64,000 bases of DNA from Takakia lepidozioides (lineage: Eukaryota > Plantae > Bryophyta). A program made the translations under genes and the position numbers. Every line of letters begins with the position of its first letter. Positions within the stretch are counted from its first letter, which is position 1. The stretch covers positions 2,294,001 through 2,358,000 of the forward strand of contig CM060731.1 of the NCBI GenBank assembly GCA_030704615.1, read 5' to 3'. Below are positions 1 to 12,049 of this stretch, in pieces. Under the pieces are notes generated by a model. It made no database searches. It was not told where the DNA came from and saw only the letters and a list, made by a program, of their open reading frames with translations.

Positions 1-2319
1 TGTAGAGGAATTCCCGATAAGTCTCCATAAACTTTGTCCGCGTAAACATTCCATACAGTCGCTTGAGATGGCTTGTAACCATGTTGATTGCCCTCTTCGG
101 ATCAAAGGGCGAGATAGTCTACTTCACAGTCCTGTGGCTAGAGACATCATTGTTGAGCTCGATGACTACCGCAATGTGCACACATGATACTATTTCAATT
201 TCCGGGTCTTGCTCTAGGACCTTTACTGGGATAGGCCAACTCGGGAACAGCAGTGGGTCATTGTTGTTAATGACAGCCCAACCATCCGGACTGTCAAAGT
301 TTTCAGAATGATTTGCTGTGTCGGCGAGATGGTGCAGGAGTACTCCCATGCATTTTGCCCTGAAGGAATGATAGAATTACCTAGATGGAGATAAGGTGCT
401 GCCACGGATGATATTCCCTACTTTTTCATCCTGACACAAGTGAGCTGTCTATGGGTGATGTGATTATGACCTGGAATTGATCTTTACTACCCCTAATTAT
501 GATTAATTACGGTGGAAACCCTAACCCCTACCCCAAAACCTATTTTTAACCTTGCTACGGATGAAATTCATCAGGGTATATGGATTCGTCCTACCGTTTT
601 TCATCCATGGATGAAAAATCGGGGGACAACCCTATGTCGTCTCTCCCGCTTTCAGAAGCACGCGATGTGCTTCTGAGCTCGCGAGGATAATGTTATGGCG
701 GGCGTTCTTCGGTGGCTGCCCCGTTTGTGGTGTCGTACCCATGCTGGACGAGCGCCTGGGGGGGCGCGAAGGCGGCGCCTTGTCTCTCTTGCAGTGGGAA
801 ACACTGCTATGAAAGCAGTGGCATCTTCCCTCCTCTGGCTTTTTCTGTGCTTAGCAAGGATGCTTATGATGGGAAGTTCTCTCCCTCCTTTCTAGTGCCT
901 TGCGTTTGTGCCTGCTTTGCTTCATCGCTTATGTGCTTTGTGGAGGCGGCTTGCTACGTGTGGTGATGGCGCATAACCCTCTTCCCAATCGCTTAAGGTG
1001 CCTTTGGAGTTTAGGGATTCTCATGTTCTTATCTCTTTCTCTTGCTTTTGAGTTTCTTACTTGACATCGATGACAAGTGTGAGGGTCTGTGATTCACCTG
1101 GGGTTCCACAATCCCTAACCTGTTGGTTTTTGTGGGGGCTTGTGATGGGACTAGGTGAGGATCCTCACCTACTTTGAAGTTTCTTGAGCATGCAGATTGG
1201 GATATGGGCTGAGGAGACCTATGGGTTTGTGCGCCTGTGAAGTGGCTGCTGCCTGCAACCCCGATTTCAACCCGACTGCCCCTGGTTTGACATGCTACAG
1301 CCTGCGTTCTGGCCTTTGTCGTTCTGCCGCCGATGCGCAGTTCAGCCTGACTGACCTGTTTCCTGAGGCTTGCATACAAACCATACCTTACCTTTTGATC
1401 TTTGACAGCAAGGCCTGTGGATTATTAAGCTAGGTTGTAAGTACTTCTTTTGGCCAAAAAGGATCTGGTTTTTGGTGGTATGTTTTTGGCGGTTTTGGGT
1501 GTCTATCAATGTGGTGGCCTTGAAGGTTATGGCGGCAGCCTGGTAGGGCACTGCCCTGCTCCTTTTCATGCCTGCTTATGATGTGTACTGGATCATAGTA
1601 AGGTGTTCTCTGCATGTCTTAGCATGGAACTCTTGAAGGATGAGGATGGCAAGCTGCAATGGGATCCTACCTATAGTTTTGGCTCTGTCATGACATCAGG
1701 CCTACGACCTACATCTGGTTTTTTATATACAAAAGAGGCTGGATCTCGGCTGTTCATGTTGCTTGTTTGTACAAGTCTTGAACCTGCAATTTGACAGGCT
1801 ACATTCACATTCCCTTGATACATTGTATGATCACATGTCTCGGGGTGAATACAAATGATATGGAATCTATTTCATCTTGCTCAAGTTGGACTGCTTGGTG
1901 GCGTACTGAGATTCTGACAAACTGCAGGCTGGTCCTTATGCCTTGGATGATGCATGACCTGCCATAAATAATGGCTGAAATGGTAGGCTGCTGGTATGTG
2001 TACAGGCTGAACCAAGAGGCCTTGCAGCCTGCACAGGGACAACAATATCTTATCTTGTCCCATACAAGAACAAACCCCGCCCTCCCACCCTGTTTTGTCT
2101 TGGATGATTGGGTGGTGACTTTTGGGATGATTTAACAAGACTGGAAATGTGAGATAGTGCCCTATCTAGGGCTGTTTATGTCTTTAATTGACAATGACCC
2201 TTATGGGTCCTGTCCATGGCTTGACATGACGTGAATATCTTCCCTCTCTTCTATGCTACTCTCTTTTAAGCTCCCGACGAGATAAATTCAAGGTCATATG
2301 GTGGGTTCAGCTGCAACAT

Positions 2320-2880
2320 ATGTCCAACACCAGATATCCTAAGTTAATCGACTCTATATCTTGGAAACAGGACCGCCCTGTCAAACAGGCTAAGCCCTGG
2401 CAAAAGAGAGTAGAAGAGATTCTCAAGGATCTGAATCTGGACCCGCAAGTCTTGACCTTGTTGGATAAATCTGACTTAGAGAGTGTAGTGTCCAAAGCCA
2501 TGTATGTTACCAGAAAATTGTCCGATGAAAATGAAGTTAGGAAGAAAACTTCCCTAAACCTGTTTCCAGTATGTGACATGGGGGAGGACATCATGGATGT
2601 GCTCAAGGGTCTATCCCACTCTTGGCACCAGACTGAAATTTAAACTCAGGGCAGGACGCCTATCTTTGAACAGTGAACAGAAGCAGAGAGGAAAGGGAGA
2701 GTGCAATTGCCCGTTGTGTGGGCAACCTGAAGACAATATTTATTTTCTGATGTCCGGGGTTCTCTCACCAAAGAGACGCTCTCTTCAAATCTATCAAGGG
2801 AATTGTGCATGTACCTCTGTTTACCACTTTTGAAAATCTCGAGGCTGAGCCAAAAGCCCAGCCCCTTCTGCTCAGTAACT
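2320..2880 (+). pseudogene. Non-LTR retrotransposon (LINE) ORF2 C-terminal remnant
   Basis: Frameshifted ORFs 2320-2643 and 2573-2833 give KLRAGRLSLNSE...CPLCGQPEDNIYFL, resembling the C-terminal zinc-knuckle region of LINE ORF2; followed by poly-T and (CT)n. Confidence 0.5.
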
Positions 2881-2923
2881 CCCCCCCCTATTTTTTTTTT
2901 TTTTTTTTTTGTTTCGTCATCTC

Positions 2924-3030
<107 letters not shown>

Positions 3031-3515
3031 GTGACATACAAATTATGGACAACTCTCGACATCTTTCCCTTGATCCCACATAACAAAGACAGACCATAGA
3101 CCATCTCCCCACCCTGACCTACCTCAGCTGCTGCTGGTGCTGGTGCTGGTGCTGGTGCAAGCGAGCTGTTGCGGTGCTGTCGCGGCTGCCAACGGCGCGG
3201 GTCCCCGCCGCTGCAGGGCGTCTCCCCCCCACTCACCATGGCTCTCTCTCTCTCTTCAGCTCGTTTAGATCCCGCCTCTGCGCGGCGTTTTACCACACAG
3301 GGGAGAGAGAGATCAGCTCGTGCTTAGGGCAAAAAGCAAGAGAGAAAGTGAGGGAGGAGGCGGTGCTTACCTTGGGCGTTGGAGCGGCGTTGGGGCCTTG
3401 CGACCACCTCGGGCTTAGCAGCAGGTGCGTTTCTCCTCCACCCTAAACCCCACTCTCTGAACTCCCTCTCTCCCAAGGAACAAACGAGAACGGGAGGGGA
3501 AGGAGGTGCTTCAAG

Positions 3516-4685
3516 CACTAGGGAAAAAAAAGGGCGCGGGCGCCTACGTGCGATGCCCGGCCGTCGCACGCCTACGCCCCGCCTTTTTTTTGAAATGTAC
3601 AAATGGTATTCACGACGGCGGGCCGTCGCTTCTTGCGACCCCCGGCCCCACAAATAAAAAAAACACATCGCCAAGCCGTCGCGGAGTGTAACCCCGGCGT
3701 AAAAAATTGAAAAAACGCGTCGCCAAATGCGACACGAGGGTGTCACAAGAGGCAACGGCCGGCCTTTTTGGGTTTAGGGTTTAGGGCCTTTTGGGGTTCC
3801 TAGTTTTTATTTATTTTTTGTTTTTTTTCATATGGTACTGGGTTAGGGTGTTTGTTTTTCTTTATGGTGCTGGGTTTTGGATTGGCGGTTTTGGTTGGGG
3901 TCTTGGGGTTGAAAGGATAAACGGTGTAGGATTTCATATACCCAAAATGTGGTTCAATTTGATAAGCGCAAAACGTTGGGTCTCAATAAGTTTTCCCATG
4001 GTGTGGGCATCCTGAAGATAGAACGTGAGGAAGGATTTATTGTCTTGGGCTCTCTAGCACCATAGGGATGCTCCGCCTTTATTTACCAATTTTGAAAGCC
4101 CCGAGGCTGAGGCATAGGGATTTTTCGCCAACGGTTTTTGAGAAATGAAAGTGCTGGTGTTGTGTGTTAATTAGGATGCGATGGTGAGGAAACATCGACC
4201 CGTCTCCCTCGAGGATGGGGAGGTAGTACCACATATCGATTGTGGCCCTAGAGCGACCGTTTTTCGTGGTGAGGAGCCACCCATTGCACCTGATCGAATA
4301 CAGGCTGCAGGGCACAATCGTAGAAGGGACCTGGGCCAAATTTCAGGTGATGCGGAGGATGTTGACACTCCGAGATCGAGTCGGGCACGCCGTGGGTTGT
4401 CCCCTCGCGGGCCACCCCGTCCACCCACGTCCACCTTTGACCCCCCCCCCCCCCCCCCCCCCCCCGACAGGATTGAGTGTTGGTGCACTAAGTGTTGGGA
4501 ATGGATACCGCCGGGCGGCACCAGACCACCGAGGCGGCGACTGCATGTTGTCGAAAAACATTTGTCTTTCATCTCCAACAACATGGGTTCTGAAAATGGC
4601 AGGTGCTTTGATGGTGTTGACACTGAAAAGCGATGTGAGCAACTACAAATTACCAGTTTGGATTCATCGAGGATTACACTAATCT
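3516..4685 (+). mobile_element. CACTA (En/Spm) left end with a transposase-associated domain fragment
   Basis: Starts CACTAGGGAAAAAAAAGGG, followed by CG-rich GTCGC/GCGAC subterminal repeats. ORF 4181-4711 contains IECWCTKC...RRLHVVEKHL (CxCxxC...V..HL pattern). No matching right end was found. Confidence 0.55.
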
Positions 4686-5132
4686 GGGGGCTGCTATTTC
4701 ATGAGCCATGAGCCATGAGCAGAGTCGTAAGTGTCAAAAAAAACATGAGCAGGACTATTTTCCAGAAATGAGTGTCCGCGGGAATAGGGTTTAGGGTGTC
4801 ACGGTCATAGGGGGAGAAGGACCTCCCGATGAAGGAGGTTCAGCAATGTTTTTTAGAATTACATATTGAAAGGCAATGTTTCGCGAATGGTAGGGTGGTA
4901 CTACTCTGTACAATGGGGGCCCATTTCAGCCTACCAGCCACTTGCAAAATCCACCCACACTCCCAATCCCAAACGAAATGAGGAATGATGCATTCTGGGA
5001 ACGATGGATACAGAATAGAACAAAAAGAGGGCACAATGGGGTTTTTATTGATCCACATGAATTGCATTTGAAGCACGTCTATTGTGCTGATTGTGCAAAC
5101 AAATCTTTAGCCCTGTGCCTTCTAAATACAAG

Positions 5133-5870
5133 TCACATTGTCAATGGGACTTCGACTGCTCTGAGAACTAGCTCATGAGTCATCGGGCTCCTCCCAGGTA
5201 AAAACTAGATTGCAGCCGTTGTACCGCCCCTGTTGATGTTCACCACAATGTCGTGCCCTTCAATCATACCACCATCGAATATGGAAAGCTTCATGTTTTC
5301 GTCGTCCACACCAATGCGAATGTCCCCATACAATGGAGAAGAGGAGCGCACTCCTTCAGGAGTATACGTCTCTCCGATGGAGTCCACCCATGTCCACTGG
5401 CAGCAGTTCCACCGCAACAACATAACAGTGCGCATTCTTATGCATGGGTGCCCGTCGTAGCTGGGAAAATCGGAATCAAGGATGCGCAGGAGCCACGGAC
5501 TCCTCAGACCAAGATCGTCACCCCGCTCGAAGGCGTAGTGGCCTGGGATATATACTCAAAAGCGGACAATGTTTCCACATTCGAACCAGTATCTTCTGTG
5601 TAATCTGTGTACCAGATAATGATGTCTCCCGATGTGGCCGAATACATTGCATAATCGAAGCCTCCATAAGGGCAGTCGTCCCGGTTCCGGAAGCACGACA
5701 TCCTTGCAAAGGAGGACCTGAGGACGTCTTTGATGCCGATGACAATGACCTTGCGGAAACGAAGCCCTTAGATTTTTGAAATGATGAGAAGCGGAAGAGC
5801 AGTGCGGGCTCCAATAATGGAGTATCTGGGTCCCACGTACCCACCAATCATCGTGTAACGTGTTCATCAC
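5133..5870 (-). pseudogene. Unknown MULE cargo protein, copy A (frameshifts and an internal TAG)
   Basis: Fragments DCPYGGFDYAMY..SGDIIIW, RWNCCQWT..LYGDIRI..DGGMIEGHDIVV and ELVLRAVEVP align colinearly with ORF 6131-6832. The 5' boundary is approximate. Confidence 0.75.
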
Positions 5871-6130
5871 GCCAGCGGTGGATGAACCAATACCTCTTTC
5901 TCATCCACGGGGTATAGTTTGAAATCTGCCACCGAAGTCCATCCCCGGATGGAAATTCGGCGCCGCATTTACATCGAAGGGGGGATGGACTTCGTCGTCT
6001 CGAGTGGCTATAGGCCCACCTGGCACTTACTGCCCATAGTTTGCATGGCAGGGAAGGAAACTGAAACGGCTACATTCATGGAGCAGCCAATCTTCATCCG
6101 TGCAGGTTCCTGTAGGGGGGAAATTTAAAT

Positions 6131-6832
6131 GTGCCTTGGAGTGTTTGTGAGGAATTGCAGCGTTGGCTTGAACTTCTTCCAGCCACCGCGCTACTGCCTC
6201 CTCCATCCGGGAGCTGCTGTCATCGAGCGTACTCCGCTACTCTTTTTTCAAGGATGCCATGCCGTCAAAATCCTGCAGACTGCCCTTATCATGGCCACGA
6301 TTATGCTATGTTCAAACCAGAATCAGGAGACATCATTGTCTGGCTCTCTGTTTTAACAGACGCTTCTGGAATCAAGCGGGAGTCTTTGCGCGCAATGGAG
6401 TATTTGGAGGGCTATTACCGCTTTGAGCGAGGTGAGGGCGAGGGTCAATGCGGTCCGTGGGTCCTGAAAATTGTTGACCTCAATATACCAAGGTGGGTTG
6501 GGATGCCGGACAGATCACGCACGGCCTCCCTTTGGCGCTGGAACTGCTGCCAGTGGACTAGGGAGGACGGCACCGGGGAAAACTATATTCGTGGAGTTCA
6601 CTCCGCTCTTCCAGTGTATGGAGACATTCGGCTGAGTTGCGAAGTTGAATCACACGGGCACATGAGGCCCACAGTGACCTTGTCAATGTATGATGGTGGT
6701 ATGATTGATGGGCATGACATTGTCGTCAGCTCCACCAAGGGCACCAGATCGACCGCATTGCAGTTTACCTCGAGGTGCCGCATCAGTAATGAGCTTGTTT
6801 TGAGGGCTATCGAAGTTCCGTCGACTTGGTGA
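6131..6832 (+). CDS. Unknown MULE cargo protein, copy B (233 aa; true start may be ~5986 via a frameshift)
   Basis: Open ORF with protein-level conservation to the inverted paralog at 5133-5870. Confidence 0.65.
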   Translation: MPWSVCEELQRWLELLPATALLPPPSGSCCHRAYSATLFSRMPCRQNPADCPYHGHDYAMFKPESGDIIVWLSVLTDASGIKRESLRAMEYLEGYYRFERGEGEGQCGPWVLKIVDLNIPRWVGMPDRSRTASLWRWNCCQWTREDGTGENYIRGVHSALPVYGDIRLSCEVESHGHMRPTVTLSMYDGGMIDGHDIVVSSTKGTRSTALQFTSRCRISNELVLRAIEVPSTW

Positions 6833-7109
6833 CGCCCATGTAGAAGGAGGAAGGGCTTAGATTTGTCTGGAGTTGCTAAATGTGAGACACCGTGTTCGAT
6901 CAATAAAACAACCCATCGTACCTCACTTCTGTGTGCTTGTGTTTCATTGTGTTCAAGAACTGCCGTAATTGGCCCACTGTTTACAATTTGTGGTCTCATT
7001 TCTACAATGTGTCTGTCCATATGAATATACCAGAGTCAGCGATAGCAGAGTCCTGAGGTGAAGGAAATCCATGTATGAGTAAAAGGAAACATGTACATGC
7101 CGAAGCTCG

Positions 7110-7737
7110 AAAATTCGGCACCGCATTTCATTTTTCTCCATGCAGCGATTTCTGGCAGCTCCCTTTCCTCCGTTGTGGTCGTAACGGAAATGTTGTACCG
7201 CATTTTATTTCTTGACATGGCATTACCATACTTTGAATTGGAAATGCGGCACCATATTGGACCTTGAATTGTCCAAGCATGTCCAATCGCTAATGCTTGT
7301 CCATGTCCATACTGGAAATGCGGCACCGCATTTCCATGTCCGTCATCGAAATTTTGTATCGGACAATGGAATGCGGCACCGCATTTCCGGAGAGCACAAT
7401 GGAATGCGGTGCCGCATTTCCGTCAAAGGGTCTAGAATTGGACAAACAACGATGTCCGTTTTGGAAATGCGGCGCCGCATTTCCATGTACGTCATCGAAA
7501 TTTCTTATTGGACAACATCTCCAAAATGTAAATGCGGCACCGCATTTCCATGTTCGACCTCCACATGCGGGGTGGCATATCCATTTCCGTTCGGCCGAAC
7601 AGTTTCTGATGTCCAAACCATGAAACAAAAAATTGTTCTTGCCCCGGTTTTGGAAATGCGGTGCCGCATTTCCAAAGGAGGTTTTTGCAGTTGCCACATT
7701 TCCGTTCCGACATGGAAATGCGGTGCCGCATTTCTGA
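7110..7737. repeat. Array 1 of the palindrome GGAAATGCGGYRCCGCATTTCC (~10 copies, variable spacers)
   Basis: Copies at ~7112, 7186, 7240, 7314, 7368, 7401, 7463, 7528, 7652 and 7714. Confidence 0.92.
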
Positions 7738-10700
7738 TTTTGGGAGGGACATGGTTTGGACGATGTTGTCGTTGAGAGCACATGGGAGAGGGGACATGAA
7801 GGACGGGGAGAATTTCCTTTATATACTCTGGAAGAGAATTTAAATGTACAGAGAATTCATTAAAATTCTATTAATCTTGAAAATCATCACTATCGTCGTC
7901 CTGTCCTTGACTGTCCTGCTCCGCCTCCACCCCGTCATTGTCTTTCTCATCTCCAATGGATTGTTCGTTGGCCAGGCTTTCGAAAATCCCATCTTCCCCT
8001 TGTGGAACCGACCATCTCACCTCCGTTGGTTCGTCGTCCTCCCTGTCTGCATCGCTCTCATCCGCTGAATCACATATGAACTTTCGCACCCATCTACCTG
8101 TCTCAGCTGTTGCCAACTCTTTTTTTATCCTTCTGTCCTCCCTAGCCCTCTCCAAAATCTGCTCTACTTTACTGGGATTCTCACATCGTCTAATCGCTGT
8201 ATTTGCGAGTTTAGCTGCATAACTAGGAAGGGAGTAGTCCTTCACCGGGCTCGTCATGAAGTCGGCCCTCGCAAAGAACGAGACATTCTTCCTGGCAGGA
8301 AGTGTAGGCCCTACATGTTTCGACCCGGATCCTAGAATCCTGCACATAACAATCACCAACGAGACCAATGAGAACCACAGTCCGGAAATGCGTTTGACAA
8401 AAAATCACCCAGAAGGCTTTGCAAACTTACAAATTTTTGCACTCACTCGTATTCCGGGTTCTCCTCGGCATCAATGTCCACTGTCTCTACCTCCGACTCC
8501 GACGAATCCGAGGAGTCTTTGGCTTCGATGGGAGCCTTCACATTCCGTTGCAGCCCTTCTAGATGGGATCCCCAGACGGATGTGTCCTCCTCGTAGGCAA
8601 AGAGGTGCCGGTTGGAAAACCGCCCAGCCTACATTGAGGCACCTGTTACAATGCCATCCACACATTATGACATGGCCCTTCAGATGTTGCAAATTAAAGC
8701 ATAACGAGAATTTGCAAAACAACATAGAACACGATTCTGCATACCTGTCCCACAGACGAGGTCGAGCACTGTGCCCTCCACGTCAGTGCATGTCTCCATA
8801 ATTGTCTGAATGAAGGCAGGACTCCGAGTCCATGAATACCGCAGGGGTTCCGTTGAAGTGAGGCTATGAGGGAGAAGTTCCGTGGGAACGTTGTTGAACA
8901 GGACGTCGTAATCGATGGGGTCGCAGTTTGGGTCAACCAACAATCCCTCCTTCCGGAAAGCAAAGGTAGAGTTCTCCTTCACAAAGCAGTATGCATCGAA
9001 CTGCTTCGTCTGCATACACAGTGGGGAACGATTAGAAATCGAATGCGGCACCGCATTTCAAAACTCCTAAGAAAATGAAAGGACAACTGCCAATGTCGTA
9101 ATTACCTTCTTCCCTTCACTCCAAAGGCCCAATGTGTTGATGCACGTCCACTTCTTCTTCAGAATTGGGACGGCGCTCCTGCGGGTCCACTTCGCAATTC
9201 CTGTCTGCGTGTTTTTGCCTCTGCTCGCCATGACAACCACACAGCCTTTGTCGTCCAACACCATGCGAGCCCGAATCCTTTCTTCCAAAAGTCCTCGGAG
9301 TACTTGTTCCAAGATGGCAAAGCTTGCAGTCCTTCCACAGGCTCTCCGTCCGGAATATCCAAGATGATCATATCGCAAGACCACTCGGTGGCATTTCTGC
9401 CCCTCCTGCAATCCTTGTCTGCACACACCCTCTCAAAGAACGAGACCATCTTCAGAAACCCAGGGGTGTCGGAAGGCTCTTTGGCAGCTGCCTTCTTTAG
9501 TGCTCTGCCCTTCAGACCCTCCATCGTCTTCATGTATGCCAACTTGGCTGCCCGTCCATCCAAAGCCGCCAAGAAACTCTCATTTACACACTGGACTACT
9601 GTATCGGGATCCACTTTCGGCCTCTTCATTTCCACCGGCTCGAAAGGGTGCCCCCCCGGGGGGTTGAAGAGTGTCTTCTTTGCCGAGCCTGTTCTCGTCC
9701 CTCTTGTGACAACGGTGGGCACAAGGGATTTCGGCTGCGTTTCAGGGGGTGGGCTGGTTGCAAAGTCTCCATCGGAGTCCTCTTCGTCACCCTCTTCCTG
9801 CACTATCTGTTTCTGCTTCTTCGTTTTCTTGGGTGTCACAACTGCTGCTCCTTGCTAGCGAGTCCTCTTCTTCGACCCCTTCTGTTGAGCTTGCACAGCT
9901 GCATCCACTGTCTTCTGTGCCATCTCAGCTGCCTTTCTGGATTGTTCCAGAGCATCAGCTTCCTTTGCCGACTCTGGCCCAGCAGGGACACGTCTTTCCT
10001 TTCTCTTCTCTTCTGCTTTCGCGTGCAAATCTTTCTCAGACTCGTCAACAATTCCGCCAGACATGTCCAGGTACCACGGGCATCCAACGAGATGTGCGGC
10101 ATGCCATTGTTTCTGCATCTCGGGTGTATAGACACAGCTTGGGCCCGCCACGGTCCAAGCCATGAAGAATGGGGGCTCTTGAGCCAGGGCCCCTGTCTGA
10201 AGAAGCACGTATTTCATATACCTGCAGGGCAGTCAGCATGCGTGAGCAAAAGTTGAGAGCAACGTACTCGCAGAGTGCAACCAAAAACATAAAATGCAAA
10301 TGCGGTGCCGCATTTCCCAGACAAACCTCATAACCAGGCTTCGCATAGAAGGACAGCTGGGCTTCACCTGTAAACAATTTGCATTGCAGCTTTTCCCGCT
10401 CCTTCCTGATGTGTAAACTCCACGCTCCTTCTTGCTGTCTGCAGCTCCCTGGCGAAGAGGTTGTCCTTGTACGCACATCTGAAACGTGTCACGTAGTCTT
10501 CCAGTGTCTGTGTTCCATCCCATTTGACGTACAAGCCGAACGAATTTGTATGCATTACGACTTGCTCCTTCGCATTCGTCATTACCTGCGATTCCACATG
10601 CATTGTCACGTAGCAGTTCAGGGAATTCATTTCAGAAAAACAAATCTGGGGAAGTACCTTGAATTACCTGGAACCACCAAGTCATGCGGTTGAGCCACAC

Positions 10701-11058
10701 ATCCACTGCAGGGTCGGAAACTTCGAGTGGAAAAGACCACATTGTCCTTATACTCTCCGATGCATTCCAGATCGACAGCCACCGTGTCTGCCATTTCCGA
10801 TCCAATGTCAGGAGCAGGAAGAAGAGTGGCTATTGCTAGAAAGGAACTTCAGTGCATTGAAACCTCACCTTCTTTTTTGCCTCAACACATGCCGTTGAGA
10901 GGTGATGCAGTTTCTCCAATTGCATGGTCGGCTGCATGGCCCGAGAATAGTGTTTTGCAATCTTGGGGATGAAGTCCTTTCCAAGTGCCGGATCTGCAAT
11001 GGCCACCAGCTTCACAAGCTTTGACTTGTATTTTGTTCTGGACTTGACCCCGGCTTCC

Positions 11059-12028
11059 TGTTAGAGGACTGTCTGGGACTTAGACACTTATACGGGATCT
11101 GTAGGGTACCCTTAATTTTTGCACAGACTGAGACCAACAGGAGCCTTACGGGTGACAGCAGCGCACTGTAGAGGGGGGTTACACAGCCGACACAGCCAGA
11201 CACAGTCAACACAGCTCGTCACAGCCCGACACAGCCATCACAGCCAACACAGCCCGTCACAGCCGACACAGCCACACAGCCAGTCACAGCCTGACACAGC
11301 CAAACACAGTCGCACAGCCAGTCACAGCCCGTCACAGTTTCACATAGCCAGTCACAGCTTGACACAGCTGTCACGACCATAGGGAACGGAGAGCAGGACA
11401 TGGAACACTGTGGGGAACAACACCTGCAAATGGAACATGTTAGTTCACGGACGACGGTTAGTGAGGGAAACGGTTAGAGCCACGGGTAGGAAGATAAAGG
11501 GAGAAACAAGGACTGAGAAGGGGGATTCTTGGAAGCACTTCACGGGGAGGACTTCTTGGTCATGCAGGAGAGGGGATCGGGCGGAGAGTAAGAACGGAAG
11601 CAAAGATGGAGAGCACGGTGAAGGAGGAGAGATGATTAATAGATGCTTATTATATGCAAAGTTGTAGTGATATTGTAGAGCAGATTAGAGACACAATGGC
11701 TTCGGCCAGATACCTGATAAATCATAATCTGATACTTATACGATACAATCACACTGTGTAGAGAGATCTGAGTGAAGTTGTGGAATGAATGGATGAGTTG
11801 ATAGAATCCGATAGATTGATGAAGCAAACTGATACTTAATTGTCAATAGCCAGGTAGCTAACATGAATGCAGAAAGGAAAACAAATAGGAAACACCCCCA
11901 TGATACACTAGCTGTAGGTCATGACTGATTGTTCTGAGCGGGCTGAGTGCTTAGAGATTTCCAACTCTTCTATCTTGGAGTTTCCACCTCGGATAGCGAA
12001 GGGATGGGTGAGTAAAAGTCGCGCGACA
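11059..12028 (+). repeat. 5' LTR (LTR1)
   Basis: TGTTAGAGG...CGCGACA; contains ACAGCC-type tandem repeats; near-identical to 22836-23833. Confidence 0.95.
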
Positions 12029-12030
12029 TT

Positions 12031-12048
12031 TGGCGACCATACTGGGGA
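12031..12048 (+). promoter_or_regulatory. Primer binding site (tRNA-Arg-like)
   Basis: TGGCGACCATACTGGGGA, 2 nt after LTR1; the same PBS is on the minus strand at 61662-61679. Confidence 0.88.
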
Positions 12049-12049
12049 A

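Noticed and set aside
63-2300. Short ORFs at the window start
   Set aside because: No recognisable motifs; probably decayed TE sequence.
3770-3850. Telomere repeats (TTTAGGG-like)
   Set aside because: Only two or three degenerate copies; telo-box-like words common in TE ends.
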